Source: Patellaria atrata CBS 101060 (lineage: Eukaryota). From it: DNA of 64,000 bases. The stretch is taken from positions 1,143,817 to 1,207,816 of the forward strand of contig MU006090.1 of the NCBI GenBank assembly GCA_010093705.1. The letters are read 5' to 3'. Below, in pieces: positions 25,811 to 39,515 of this stretch. The translations under genes and the position numbers were made by a program. The notes beneath the pieces were generated by a model. The model made no database searches and was not told the DNA's origin. It worked only from the letters and a program-made list of their open reading frames with translations. Each line of letters opens with the position of its first letter. The stretch's first letter is position 1.

Positions 25811-27370
25811 TCAATTGAAGCTATAACTCAACCACTCCCCCACAGCCCTTAGACTCTCCCACCTGACACTCTCATTCTCATCCTGCATGAGCGCCATAAC
25901 TCTGCTCTTGAGACCGATCTTCTCCAACATCGGTCGCTTCTCCGGGACCTCTTTAACCAAGCACGCGACATCATTACACCCGATAGCGAGGACCTGCTTA
26001 TCGTTCTTCCACTCCTTCGACAGGATCTCGGCAAGTTTCTTCGGGATCTCGCCCGTGTTATCCTCGAGGATGCGGCGCGCGTTTTCGGCCCAGAACGTCG
26101 GGTTGCGGTGGGGCGGCGACCACCGGAGGTGGCCGGTATGCACTTCGGCTGCGTACTCGTCAAAGGTCGTTTGCGTCTTGGTGTACTCGGCCAGCATGTC
26201 GTTGAGGGATTTCAGGTCTTCGAGGAGGTCGGGGTCGGTGAGGTGGCGGCTTTGGATATTGGAGAGGATGCTGGGGAGGCGGGCGAGGACGGCGGCGGGG
26301 AGAAGGCTGTCACGGTTAGAGGAAAGAAGGTTGCTGAGAGTTGAGAGTAAGAGGCGGGTGATCTTTTCTTTGGGGGAGTTGCGGAGGAGTTGGGTGTAGA
26401 GGATCACTATGTCGTGCTCACTGGAAGATGTGTCAGTGCGTGATTCGATATTTAGCTGAGGGTGACAACTTACTCATCCAGACCATCCCCTACCATCTCC
26501 GCCTCGAAACTCAACTGCCATATAACCAGTAAGACGTGATACAGTAGCTGAAGCCCTACACCATTACTAACGCCTCCTTCTACGCCAGAACGTATGCTGG
26601 TAGCACCGCTCCATAGCGTCCCGGATTCATTATCTTTACTGGTACCAGCTGCCGTTCTCAAGATATCAACTAAAGGTTCCAGAGTTTCTTTTCTCTGCTC
26701 CCAAAAGATAGATCTTGCCTTGGATGTCCTTAGTAGTGAAGAATACTCCTGTACAGCAATATCCTGTAGTCCAGCATCTGAGCTCTTTGCGAGAGACGAG
26801 ATGTAGCTGTAAAGTTTAGGTAGAGCATCTCCAATCGGGCCGCGCTTTGATGATGAGTCTAAGAGAGCATGCGATATTAGACTAGAAAGGACCGTCGAAG
26901 TGAGAAGCGGTATGGGATCTTCTGGATTCGAAGCTTGTTTGAGTAATGGTAACAAGGACTCATACGGTGAGGGATGGCGGGCCAATGCGGAGGTGAAGTC
27001 GGGCATATCTGTAGAAAGAATAGATTAGTACAACTCAGCGACTACAACAGCATATTCGAGGAAAAGCTATAGTACCATCAACAATATCTCCGGTCAAGAC
27101 TAACATATACTGCAATATGTCTTGACGCTTCGCTGTAGAAACGAAGATACTCTGCGATCCGTCTCCACCTAATAACAGCGTAACAAAGCTGGTCGCATCT
27201 GATTCAATAGTCTGTCTCCTCTGCTCCTTACGGACCTTATCAATTGACTTTATTTTCTTCAGATCCGCATCGGTTATCGTCTTAGCTCTTACGGCACCTT
27301 CCCAGGAGATGGGGCGCTGGCGGATATTATTCTGTAGCGTGAGAATGTAGTTCGGCGGATCTAGTGACAT
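25811..27370 (-). CDS. VMA13: V-type ATPase subunit H, 3 exons
   Basis: NNIRQRPISWEGAVRAKTIT N-terminus, LQLLYHVLLVIWQLSFE, and the C-terminal TTFDEYAAEVHTGHLRWSPPHRNPTFWAENA motif. Confidence 0.96.
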
Positions 27371-27632
27371 GATAAGGTCCAGAAGTTAGAGCTGGCACAA
27401 AGTGATATGGTCCTCTTAGGCAGAAGGTTGTTGTGGTCGAGTAGAGCTGGTAGAGCGTTTCTGACGTCGGGATCAGGTTGTTGCTTCTTCTGTCATCCCG
27501 GTCTAGCTTCTCAGAGCTTGAGCTTCTACATTTGCATCTTAAGCAAACACATTAGAATTATCCATATTAAAAGTTCAAAACCCTTCGTTCTTGTCTTCAA
27601 CTATCAAACATAAACATCACGAGAAATTCAAG

Positions 27633-30600
27633 ATGACGAGCCTTAAACGGTCGTACGTTACTGATTCTTCAGCTCCGAATCTATCAAGCAAAGTATATGT
27701 CAGATCAACGAGGAGTGGAAAAGTCCAAAAAATTGTTCGAGAGCTCTACCTGAGGCAAGATATCCCATGCTCATCTAAGCTGTGCTCAAAATGTCTATCG
27801 AGAGCTCCCACAGATTATAATAATAGAGGTACTTTTCTCAGACGTTATGCTATGACAATCTGCTAAAGTAAAACTCAGTCTTACCCTTTGTGCTTTCCGA
27901 GCGACCGGAGGGAACCAAATCTGCTCCCCAGGGACATTATGTCATCCCAGATACTAATGCTTTCATCTCCGCAATGGACCTCTTTGAGGTCGAGTCTGCT
28001 TTCCATGACGTGATTGTACTGCAAACTGTACTAGAGGAGGTCAAGAATAGATCTCTTCCTCTATATCATCGATTGATTAGCTTGACCAAGAGCGAAGATA
28101 AACGCTTCTATGTCTTCTTCAACGAGTTTAGATCAGAGACTTACGTGAATAGAGAGCATGGTGAGAGCATTAATGACCGCAATGACAGAGCCGTACGAAT
28201 GGCTGTCAAATGGTACGGTGAGCATTTGCAGGAGGCTGTACGGATGCGTTCTAAGAGCGCAAAAGCACCGATGATCGTCATGCTCAGCGACGATAGAGAC
28301 AACCTGCGGAAAGCAAAAGCGGAAAAGCTTGTAGCTTACTCATGTAGGATAATGGACATCATGTCATAACGATGATTTAGCTAACAGTTTCACTAAGTGA
28401 GGGACTACGTGTCAGGGCTTGAAAATGCAACTCTATTGTTAGACATGATCACCGAAGGTCAGGAAGCACGGCAAGGTAAACCGGAAAAGAGTGAAATGTT
28501 CTATCCCGAGGTATGTTATCCTTTGATAAATCCTAGGTGCATTAATTTACAATATCTAGTATTACTCGCTATCTAAGATGCTCACCGGCGTCAAAGCTGG
28601 GACTATGCACCAAGGCATATTCAATGTATCTCCGTACAATTACCTTGAGGGTTCTGTGCATGTATCGGCCTTCGAGCGGTCGCTGTTAATTCTTGGGCGA
28701 GAGAACAGTAACCGCGCAGTCTCAGGCGATGTGATAGTGGTTGAAATTCTTTCCAAAGACCAGTGGAAAACACCATCCACAAAAATCATCGAAGAAGAAA
28801 CCGTGAACAAGGACGATAACCCAGATGAGGAGGATGGAGAAGCTGTCATAACGGAACGGGAACGGCGAGCTTTACAAGAAGAAGTAAAACGGGTACATAG
28901 CAAGAATGTCGAAGGACGATCGCAACCAACTGCACGTGTTGTCGGCGTCATTAAGAGGAATTGGCGCCAGTACGTAGGTCATATCGACAGGGGCTCTGTT
29001 AAAACTTCCGCAAAGCAGAGCCGCGCTCAACAGACTGTGTTCCTTGTTCCGATGGACAAACGCATCCCAAAAATTCGAGTGAGAACGCGACAAGCTGGAG
29101 AACTGTTAGGAAAACGAGTATTGGTAACTATCGATTCGTGGGATAGAGATTCCCGATACCCTGTTGGCCACTTTGTACGTTCCCTTGGTGAACTAGAGTC
29201 GAAAGAGGCGGAGACTGAAGCACTCTTGCTCGAGTATGATGTCCAGTATCGACCATTTCCCAAAACCGTTCTCGATTGTCTCCCTTCAGAGGGACATGAC
29301 TGGAAAGTTCCGGCTAGCGTCGACGATCCGGGCTGGAAAGGCCGAAGGGATCTTAGAGACCTACTCGTTTGCAGTATTGACCCTCCTGGTTGTGTTGACA
29401 TAGACGATGCTCTACATGCGCGACCTCTTCCCAACGGGAACTTTGAGGTTGGTGTGCACATTGCGGATGTTTCCCATTTCGTTAAACCCAACAACGCGAT
29501 GGACAAGGAAGCAAGTATGAGGGGCACAACCGTCTACCTCGTCGACAAACGCATAGACATGTTACCAATGCTCCTAGGTACTGATCTTTGCTCTCTCAAA
29601 CCTTACGTTGAGCGATATGCGTTCTCTGTCTTATGGGAGATTACAGCTGATGCGGATATTGTCAAGTCTGAGTTCACAAAATCAGTTATTCGCTCGAGGG
29701 AAGCCTTCGCTTATGAGCAGGCTCAGATAAGGATAGACGACAAATCGCAACAAGATGATCTTACCAAAGGTATAAGGACGCTAATGATGCTCTCGAAGAA
29801 GTTAAACAAAAAGCGTATGGACGCTGGTGCTCTCAATCTTGCGAGTCCAGAAGTCCGGGTCGAAGCAGAGTCGGAGACGTCTGATCCAGCTGATGTCAAA
29901 GTCAAGAAAATGCTCGACACCAACTCACTCGTTGAGGAGTTCATGTTGCTCGCTAATATAAGCGTCGCAAGAAAGATTTATGAGGCGTTTCCCCAGACCG
30001 CGCTGTTGCGTAGACATGCAGCACCTCCTAAAACCAATTTCGAAGAGCTAGCTAACCAGCTTCAAGTCAAGCGTGGTCTTGAACTGAGGACAGATAGCTC
30101 TAAAGCAGTTGCTGACTCTTTAGATACTTGTGTTGACCCGTCAGAGCCATTCTTCAACACGCTTATCCGGATTATGGCGACAAGATGTATGATGTCCGCC
30201 GAATACTTTTGTTCAGGAACGCAGGCATATTCTGAGTTCAGACATTACGGCCTTGCCAGCGAGATTTATACACACTTCACAAGTCCAATTCGGCGCTATG
30301 CAGACCTGGAAGCACATCGTCAGCTCGCTGCTGCCATTGAATATGAACAGCTAGATCCCAGCCTCCATAGCAAGGCCAAGCTTGAAGGGATATGCAAGAA
30401 TATCAACGTTCGACACCGCAATGCTCAGATGGCTGGCCGTGCAAGTGTCGAATATTACGTGGGACAAGCATTAAAAGGACGAGTATGCGACGAAGAAGGC
30501 TTTGTGATGAAGATCTTTTCAAATGGTTTCGTCGTCTTTGTGCCAAAGTTTGGCATCGAGAGCGCTATCAAATTGAGGGATCTGGCTGTCCCGGAACCCG

Positions 30601-30749
30601 AGAGTACTCTTGACTACGAGAACTATATCTTGACGATTAGTGGATCGAAAAACGCAAAAGTGGAGTTGTTCCAGAAGGTCAAAGTGCGTATCAGTGATGT
30701 ACAGGAAGAGTCGACTGGTAAAAGGAAGATCAAATTAGGGCTTCTATAG
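27633..30749 (+). CDS. DIS3: Exosome catalytic subunit Dis3/Rrp44, 4 exons
   Basis: VRELYLRQDIPC CR3 motif, PIN domain (IPDTNAF, NDRNDRA) and RNB domain (SIDPPGCVDIDDALH, YTHFTSPIRRYAD). Confidence 0.98.
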
Positions 30750-33519
30750 GTAGGTATCGCCGTATCTAGAACTGAAGGATTGAACTATACAGATAGAATT
30801 GGGAGTACCTTAGGATTCCTGCGGTCAGATTCACAATCCAGATGTCTCGGGAGTCGGAACAAATGTACTGTCTTCTCTGAGATACCTTGCATAACACTGA
30901 TCCCGATATGAAGAACCGCGAGACAGTCGTTATTGGTTAATCTAGCTGCAGTTCAAACTTGTCTTTTTGCGCTTTAAAGCTCTATCGCGGGCGGCTACGG
31001 AACTTTGGCAATGTTGGTTGAAGGATTCAATCAAATTCGCCTATGCACTCGATTCCCGCAGAAGATCAAAATCAGGAATGAAATATTTGTACAGAACAAT
31101 CTTGGGCAAGAGTTCGTACCACCTGTACTGTAAGTGATCACGCAAAATGAAAAGAGATCACCAAGAAACCCGGAAGAAAGTCAGATCCCTCATCGCAGTC
31201 AAGCGGTGGAGCACACCCTTTTGAGGGGTCTAATATGGAAGTATAGTTCCACCAGCCAATGAGAGCGCATATCTGTTGACGAACTCGTCTTTCTGGCCTT
31301 CATTTTGCGCTCCATCTGCAGGTTCACCACCATCAGCGTACACAGATTCGGATACAGTTGATGGTGCTTTGTAAAATAATGCCGTAAACCCGCAAGTCCG
31401 CAGACTCTAAAAGAAGAATTTCCCCTGATATTTGCATTCAAGGTGACCTGCATGCCGCCGTCTCATGCAGCTATGAGCACAAACTTCGGCCAGCAGCAGG
31501 GCAGCTTTTGATTCTTTGCTCCATTACTCGTTCAGAAACAAACCTTAGTCTGGAAAGCGGACGGGTGCGCCACAGTCTAAAAAATTTCTTGACAGTTCTG
31601 GAGTGTCATCTGTGGTGGTGCAGCCACTTATGGCGTCCACTATCATTCCACAAAGTATCACTTCCCCAGAAAAGCAAAACACTGGGCGTTTTCCAGCGGG
31701 CTATCAACACCAAGTTGGGAGCCGATGTGTATGCAGATTTCAGACCTTCTGAAAGACGACTCAAAAGCAGGAATCGGCACTCTTTCGATTGGACTTTGCT
31801 ATAGATATGGCGCAACAGCCCTCACCCATGAATCATGATTGGTGAGATAGCTATCCTGATTCGATAGCGGTGCGAACCTTAACTTAGTTCCAAGAAAGGA
31901 GTTCAGATCTTGAGCGAACTTATCGCCATTTCACAAAACGGAGTCAGATGAGGTGCTCGAAGTCGAAGAATAACGAGAACAGTTCACCGGGTCGGCGATG
32001 AGAAAGTCCTTCCATGGGATTGGCACTCTATATCATATATGTACAGTACCGTAGTTTCAGAATTCAGATTCCCGTTTTAGCGAGATTTCATCCCATTATT
32101 GCGATGCGCAACGGGTATCCGCGTGTTTCTCTCCCGCTGTATGATAGTCCCTGGGATCATTCGCCGACCAACTAGCGGAGTTATACCCTTGTTACAAGTT
32201 TCTCATCCTCATCCTTTCAGCAGATGGGGAAATGGCCATTTACTGTATCCCAAAAGAAATGTTTGCTACAGTAGAAGCTCTGGGAAAATGGTCGGAAAAG
32301 ACGGTCAAGAGGAGACAAGTCATCGCTGGTATGCGGCCGTTGTTTCTAATGTTCACCTTCTTCAAAAGGTGCATATTCTGAAAGCTAGATTGGTGGGCTT
32401 TTTACAAATTGACAGTCGAAAGCGAAGGAAAAACCGGATCTCCCATGGAGCGATCCTGATCTTGGTCAATCAAGTGGCATGCAGCACGCCACGACTTCCG
32501 CTGTACCTGACGAGCACATGCCTTTTACCCCTGACTGGAAATCCCGTTCTACTTTGTAAACGTTGGTTTCTCCCCACCATATCGATAGGAAAACGCTTAG
32601 TTCGATCCTCTGTCCGCTAACTACGGCGCAATTGCCTATCAAGGTACTGCAAGAGCGTTATCTTTTGCTTTTCGATGCGGGGATTGCTCGTTTAACTGAG
32701 TCTTATTCGGTGTGGATCCTCCCGTCCACACCCACGAAGCCCGTTTAAGTATTACAATGTACTATTTCGCCGTAAAGTTCGCCGTCGACCACGTTGTCAT
32801 ACAAGGCAGTAAAATTAGGTCCATCTGTACCTACATATCTCCTAAAGTAGTCTCGTACTCACCGACCTTTCTAAACTTTAGCTTGCTCGTGAGCATCTAA
32901 AGGTACAGCATTCCCATCCACCATACTTTCAGCCTCTTCTCGCATTTGTGGCCCCCTGCCAAACCTACCACGCATTGCTGACTGCTCGACTTGTACCAAG
33001 TACGAACTTGAGTATGTCTTTTTAGCATTCGACAGCATGCGAATTCTCGCAAGATCGTCTATGCAAGTCTCTCGTTACCGAATATATTGCCCCTAGAGCT
33101 TTCCTACATCCCTTCAATTCCTTCACAGAAATCGCTCCTCTGCTTAAGGGAGGTATTTGAAGTGCCATTGTTCAGCACAGATATTGATTTACTGGTTATC
33201 ATTGATATATTTGAGTCCTGATCAAGTGTGTAAAGTTCATCAACTTTGTGAATAGTGTGGAAATCTAATCTATGCACAGAATTATGGATTCACAGTCATT
33301 ATCGACAACCGAGTGATAATCCAGCATATTTCTTCCAACTCGTGCCTCTCGGAGAGTCGTCGATCACGAACACTTCGTGTCGACCATTTTCCGGCGCTTG
33401 ACCTTGGATTTGAGCTATTGTTGCTGCGTTACGGCAGGAATTCACCTCTCAGCATAGATCTACCTACTCTTCTAGGTTTCACCAGCCGACACACAAAGTT
33501 TCCATCTTCCCTTCCCGAT

Positions 33520-34182
33520 ATGAGCCAATCTGGTTCTCCTTCACCCACCGCTGCGCCTTCCGGGGAAGGTGCTGTAGATCGCAGTACTCGAAATCTCATC
33601 ATAATCCTTAGTGCAACGCTCGGCGTATTCCTGATCATCCTTATTATTGTCATCATCCGTGTTTGCCTACGCCGCCGTGCAAGGCGAGGGATATTTCTTG
33701 GGAGGACTGTAACCCCTCTGGATGATGCAACCTTCGAATCGTGGAGAAAACCCTCTATGCATGTACAGCGCTCCGAAAAAGACGTAGAAGGGTTGACAGA
33801 ACCGACACCTCCACCCATGGCACGACTTTCATACCGTAGTCCGTCGATGGAACACTCACCGGAATTCCATCGCCCAAGAACACCGTCCTACGCTCGTCGC
33901 CCGGAGTCGACAAGGTCACGAGAACGTCTACATAAAGGTCGAAGACAATCTAGTGTCTCCATACAGGATCGCCCGCCGACCCCTTACTCACCGAGAAAGT
34001 CACTAGAAGAGGATGCGAGCACCTGGGGAACGCCCCAGAGTACCACTCAGCGTCCAAGCCACACTCATTCTCATTATCCTTCCGTATCTGACGCTTCCGA
34101 TTTTGATTTCGGATTCAGTTGGAATTCGAGAACCTTCTTGAACTCCTTAAGTACACTTCCTAGCTCCTCTGAGAAGCTATAG
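33520..34182 (+). CDS. Single-pass membrane protein with a basic stop-transfer segment and a disordered Ser/Pro/Arg tail
   Basis: First ATG at 33520. Hydrophobic LIIILSATLGVFLIILIIVII followed by RRRARR, then TPLDDATFESWR. Confidence 0.75.
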   Translation: MSQSGSPSPTAAPSGEGAVDRSTRNLIIILSATLGVFLIILIIVIIRVCLRRRARRGIFLGRTVTPLDDATFESWRKPSMHVQRSEKDVEGLTEPTPPPMARLSYRSPSMEHSPEFHRPRTPSYARRPESTRSRERLHKGRRQSSVSIQDRPPTPYSPRKSLEEDASTWGTPQSTTQRPSHTHSHYPSVSDASDFDFGFSWNSRTFLNSLSTLPSSSEKL

Positions 34183-34752
34183 CGCAAGCTTTTACATTTT
34201 ACCGGAACGGCGTTGTTCCTTTTTTCCTATGTCAATATCACTATCACCATCAGCTTAAGCGATGGTGGGGTTTAGCGCTTGATTTTTAGTACTTGATACC
34301 ACGGGCATATAAGAGTTGAATTGATAAGAGCAGATTGGAGAATTGATCGAAAGTATTCTGGGTGCTTGATGCATGCCAGCGAAGCATGACTTATGAATAC
34401 GACGTGATAGTCATGAAGGAGGTTACAGTAGTTGAACACATATTGAATAACATATCAAATTCTATGTCACAGTTTGTGACTAAATATCGTTCTTCAGCTG
34501 CTTTGGGCACCTTAAATTTGCCGTGAAGCGATTGCCCAGACACGCCGCCACAACCTCAAGCCCACGTAGAACTAGCGGGGCGCGTAGATCTGTCAAAACA
34601 CCAGCAATAAAACCTATTTGAACAACATCTAACCCATTTCACGGAGTTAGATACCTCAACTTTCTATCCACCTATTAATCAGTCTCTTATTTGTGCTTCT
34701 TGAGATAGTTGCTGCATCGCTAAGATCTTGGGTAATCATCAAAAGTCTCATT

Positions 34753-35248
34753 ATGGACTTCATTCCTGGTTAGTGCCTATTCAAAAACGGATACTCAGCA
34801 GCATAAGCTAATCAGTACAGATTGGGCGCATTCTCTCATCGAGGGCTACACGCCAGCGTACCTTCAACCAGTCCACGCCGCCGTCGGAGCCGCGCGACGC
34901 CACCTTCTCCCCTTGATCGATAACGTCGTACAGCATCCTGATATAGCGTCGGTAGCGCTTCTCTTGATCGTACTGGTCATCTCACTCAAGATATTAGATA
35001 TGCTGCGCCGTGCAGTCGTGTTCTGGATCACTATGGCAATACGGTTAATATTCTGGGCAGGTTTACTCTTCGCTGGACTGTACCTCTACAATCGTGGTTT
35101 GGAAGATACGGTGGATGACATCTTCAACCTGGGACACAACTGGAAGGAAAATTATGAACACTACAGCTACCAGGCCGATCAAGCGCGAAGGTTTCACCGA
35201 CAAGTTTATGGTAGAGGAGGAAACCGCAGAGGAGGAACTTGGGGTTGA
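34753..35248 (+). CDS. APQ12: Nuclear envelope/pore biogenesis protein, Apq12 family, 2 exons
   Basis: Exon 1 (MDFIP) plus intron 34769-34820 joins in frame. Two TM segments flank an amphipathic helix (PDIASVALLLIVLVISLKILDMLRRAVVFW). Confidence 0.75.
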
Positions 35249-36570
35249 GATGATCGGCCTCTCAACGATCCGCACATGGAAGGTTATGATCCAGAATCGT
35301 CACCAAACCCTCAGCATCATTTTCTAGAAAATCACCGCATTAGTAAAATAACACCCCAATCACCGCTTCGCACCGAGACGTGCGTCGATATTTGCGCACT
35401 ACTGTAGGATATGATCAGGATAGGATGATTGCGCGAGTCTCTAGGTTTGTCTGAAGCACACTTGCAAGAGGTGACCTCTACGACTGTGTCATATGAAGCT
35501 TACATTACGGTTCCTAGTGTTATACTGATATCTTGGCATTCTCGAAGCTCATGTACCCCTTCACAGTCATTCAGGCACACCATCGGTTATAGAGCTCCCT
35601 GGACCACAAAACACCTGTACTATATTTCACGTCCACGCCGACGGTCTAGCTTTTCCAAAATTTCGGTTTACGGTACGATCCAGGTGGTTAGGAGGTAATT
35701 CCATGTAAATTAGGGCTTAAGAATCTATTTCTTTGTAGATGAAGTAAGACTTAAACTCTCTCAATCTTCTCGATTCGCTGGATATTCTGCGCGCAAGATA
35801 TCTCTTGCAACGTTACATGCAGAGTTGTTTGCATGGATCACTGACTGACAAATATCCTCGCCTCACATTTGACCCCTGGAATCCTTCGTCTAATGTCAGC
35901 ATTTTGTTAGTTGTTGTAGATGGTGTCTACTTCTAAGTTTCTCAACTTCTCTGATACGCGCGTCTCTCTCCGTATCCTACATTGATCAAGTGTTCAATTC
36001 AATATATTCAGCAGTCGAATGTTTCTCTCTGCCGGCGCTTGTGGCGCCCTTAGGACGTGTACACTTTAGTAGTCACGGAGAAAGACCAAGACATACTGAA
36101 GCAGAGATAGTAGGTTCTTCCCGCCCTTTGCAGAGTCGTCGGACCATAGGATGCCACTTGCTATTGTCCAACTTGTTCCTGTCTTTTACCAAAATGTCTT
36201 CCCCGCATCTGCCCAGCAAGCTTGGCATCAATGCTTGCATCAGGGCCACCATGAGTGGTCAACCTTATGCATTCTGACTGCCCAGCCTGAAGAACTTATT
36301 AATTGTACAGTACACCTAGGGCCTGTTCTGCAATGTTTCTGTGCATCGATACTCTGTGCGTCGTTTAACAGCTAATAAGCCTATTAACAATTGCCGAAAT
36401 CTGACCCCCGCCTTGGTAACGATTCCTAGCCATAAGCTGTACCTAAAGGGTCTCATGTACGGCAATTAATATGTTAACTTAGCTCTAATCCAGATAAACA
36501 TGCAGTCGAGAATTGTTGTAAAAGAACAGGGCGTCTCACATCGTTATGGTCTGAGTTCAAAGATATCATC

Positions 36571-38601
36571 ATGGCTTCCAACACCGAGAAGGTGATCATC
36601 GATACGGAATCTGCTGAAGTAGTCGACTCTCCAAGAGCCGCTGCTAGCGCAGTCGAGATAGAATGGACCCATGAGGAAGAGAGAGCAGTGAGACTAAAGT
36701 TGGATAAACACATTGTCCCACTTGTCTCGCTGCTGTATCTGCTATGTTTCCTTGACCGGTAAGTAGTTTTGGACCTCTATGTTTGACAGCGTGCTAATAC
36801 AGTTCATCTTTCAAGTGCAAATATAGGGTGAGATATGCTAGAAAACATACAACCGCAGTTTTGTAGCTCATATGCTGGCTAGAAATGCTCGAATTCAGGG
36901 TATGGCGAAGGATCTTGACCTCAAAGGACTCCGGTTCAATTGGGCGTTGACCATCTTCTACATGACCTACCTAACGTATGCTACAACGAACTAGGAAAGA
37001 ACTCCTTATGCTTCCAATTTCTTTCTGACTTTCGGTGTAGGATCGAAATTCCAAGCAACATCGTTCTCAAGCGTGTCGGTCCGAAGTTTTGGCGTCAGTT
37101 GACCAGTATACCTGTGTTCAGCATGGAATGCTAAAATCGAACAGTTCCTTTTCTCGTCGGAGCATTTGGAGTTGTTTCTGTGGGTACGGCTTTTGTGCGC
37201 GACTTCAAAGACCTATGCGTTGCACGTGCTTTTCTGGGTATTGCCGAAGGTGGAACAATGCCGTCAGTTAATCCTCATTTGGTTAAAAACGTCCACTTAT
37301 AGTATCCAGAGGTATAGCGTTCTTCTTGAGTTCCTTCTACCGACGAGAAGAACTGCTTTTCCGAGTGGGCATATACGTATCTTCAAGTTCCCTGGCTGGA
37401 GCGTTCGGAGGCCTTCTAGCAACAGCACTCTCGTAAGTTCTCTACTAGCTCTGTTGTAGTATATGCTGACAATCACAGACGTATACCGCGCTGGGGAGCT
37501 GAATCTGCGCCTATTCATACGTTAGTCTTGATATGTTCCAAGCTAGGGTTGCTACTGATAAAGGTGACAGATGGAGAAACATCTTCTTCTTTGAGGGGCT
37601 TGTGAGTGTCCTGCAGTTCGGTCCGCCTCCAATAACTTACATTCGAAGGTCACAATCCTGGTAGCAATAGCTGCGCCCTACTTCATGCCTACGAGACCCT
37701 CGAACTGCCACTTCCTCAACGAGAGAGAACGATTGATAGCAACTGCCAGGCTCGCTGTAGACGACAAAGCCGTACGCATAAAATAATGATTGATGAGGTA
37801 TATTCGACTTCTAACTATGCATAGGACCCCCATGAGAAGATCCAAAAGCATCATATAAAACGCGCCGTGTTCAACATCAACAATATAATCTGTTGTGCGG
37901 GATTCTTCCTGATCAATATCACTGTCCAAAGTTTCTCCCTTTTCATGCCTACGATTCTAAATGATCTCGGCTGGACAGCGACGAAGGCGCAGCTTTATAC
38001 AGTTGCACCTTATGTCACTGCTTGTCTCGTAGCGATAGGAATTGCTTTTATAAGCGATAAAACCCGCATGCGTGGTATCTACCTCGCCATTTTTTCGCTC
38101 ATTACCATTGTCGGGTTCGTGATTCTACGAACAGTACAGGAAGCAAATATCAGATATATGGCTGTATTCTTTGCAACACTTGGCGCATTTCCGGGAGGTC
38201 CGGCATACATTTCATGGGGTTTGAATAGTAAGGATCCTTCCCCTTGAATGACACTCGATTTATCAGATATTCAAGTACTGACGTGAGTGTTTTAAGATGC
38301 CGCTGGGCCTGCGGTTAGGGCTGTCTCCAGTGCGTACATTGTCTCCGTTGGTACCATGGGAGCTATAGTCGCTACATGGACATACCGTATTGCGGATGCC
38401 CCACGCTACAAAGTAGGTCACTCGATCAATCTCGGGGCGCAAGCTGCAACGTTCGTATTGACTGTTGGGGCCATCTTATACGTTTGGCGCGAGAACAAGT
38501 TGCGGGCAAAAGGTAGAAGGGATCATAGGTTAGTAGGACTGACTGAAGCGGAGCAACTGGATCTGGGTCATCTACATCCTGAGTTCAGATATATACCTTA
38601 G
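36571..38601 (+). CDS. MFS transporter, anion:cation symporter (allantoate/nicotinate permease-like) family; about 10 introns including a 12-nt microexon
   Basis: KLDKHIVP...LCFLDR|ANIG|NARIQG, EIPSNIVLKRVGP, FYRREELLFR, WRNIFFFEG, AQLYTVAPY, and C-terminal HPEFRY motifs. Confidence 0.93.
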
Positions 38602-39515
38602 GTAAGGTACTAGCAAAGTCCGATTAAGGTTCGATACTGGTATCCGCATCCAGAAAGAGGATTGGGGGTCGGCACATGGGACGTCTGATTCACCTACATA
38701 GACGGAATATCTTCGTTCCATGACTTAGACTACGTTCCCTAATCTCATACCTTTCACGATGTTCACCAATCTCCTTTCCTTCTGTTAACACTTACCACCA
38801 TTCAGGAAATACAGTGGAACTCTTGTCGCACTCATACGCCCTGGTATCTTTTCCTTCTATGAACACTTGTCATATTTCCCACATCTCCGATAGGAACTTT
38901 AGTCATATTCAGACCAACCCCACTTGCAGAGATCTAATGGTCAGATGCTCGCAGAGTCATAGTCATGCTAATCAACTCACGGAACATCAAACACTCTGTT
39001 TACAACAATTATTATTGAGCACTTCTACTCGAATTTGGTACCAGGCTCCGTTTGTAAACCATGCGCTAGTCTGAAGATATATTATGTTGCTTTCCTCTTT
39101 TTCCATCAATTCTACTTTTGCTCTCTTTCATCAACCTTCATGTTGGTTTGGGTCTTTAACCACGATCAACACAGCAAATAAGTTTCATCGACAAGCCTCT
39201 CAATCCGATTGAAAGTGAAAGTTCTACTTGAAAAGACTCGGTTCCCGGAAGGATAGCACGCAGTCTGAGATTGAGGCCGACCATTGAAGTTCAAATCAAT
39301 TGATCAAAACTTTTGAGTCGTTTGGAGCACGACTTGTACCTCTATTTTAGTGCATCCATTTCTGCTTTGCAGTACTTTCACCCTCTCGGTTCGAATACCC
39401 AATTTCCTATCTTCTTCTGCAAGACGTTGGACGGTTCGTCATCCCAAATTTCCACCGCTCTCCTGATTGCATCCAATTCTTAGCTGGTGCGACGCTAAGA
39501 GTTCCAGTTATAAGT

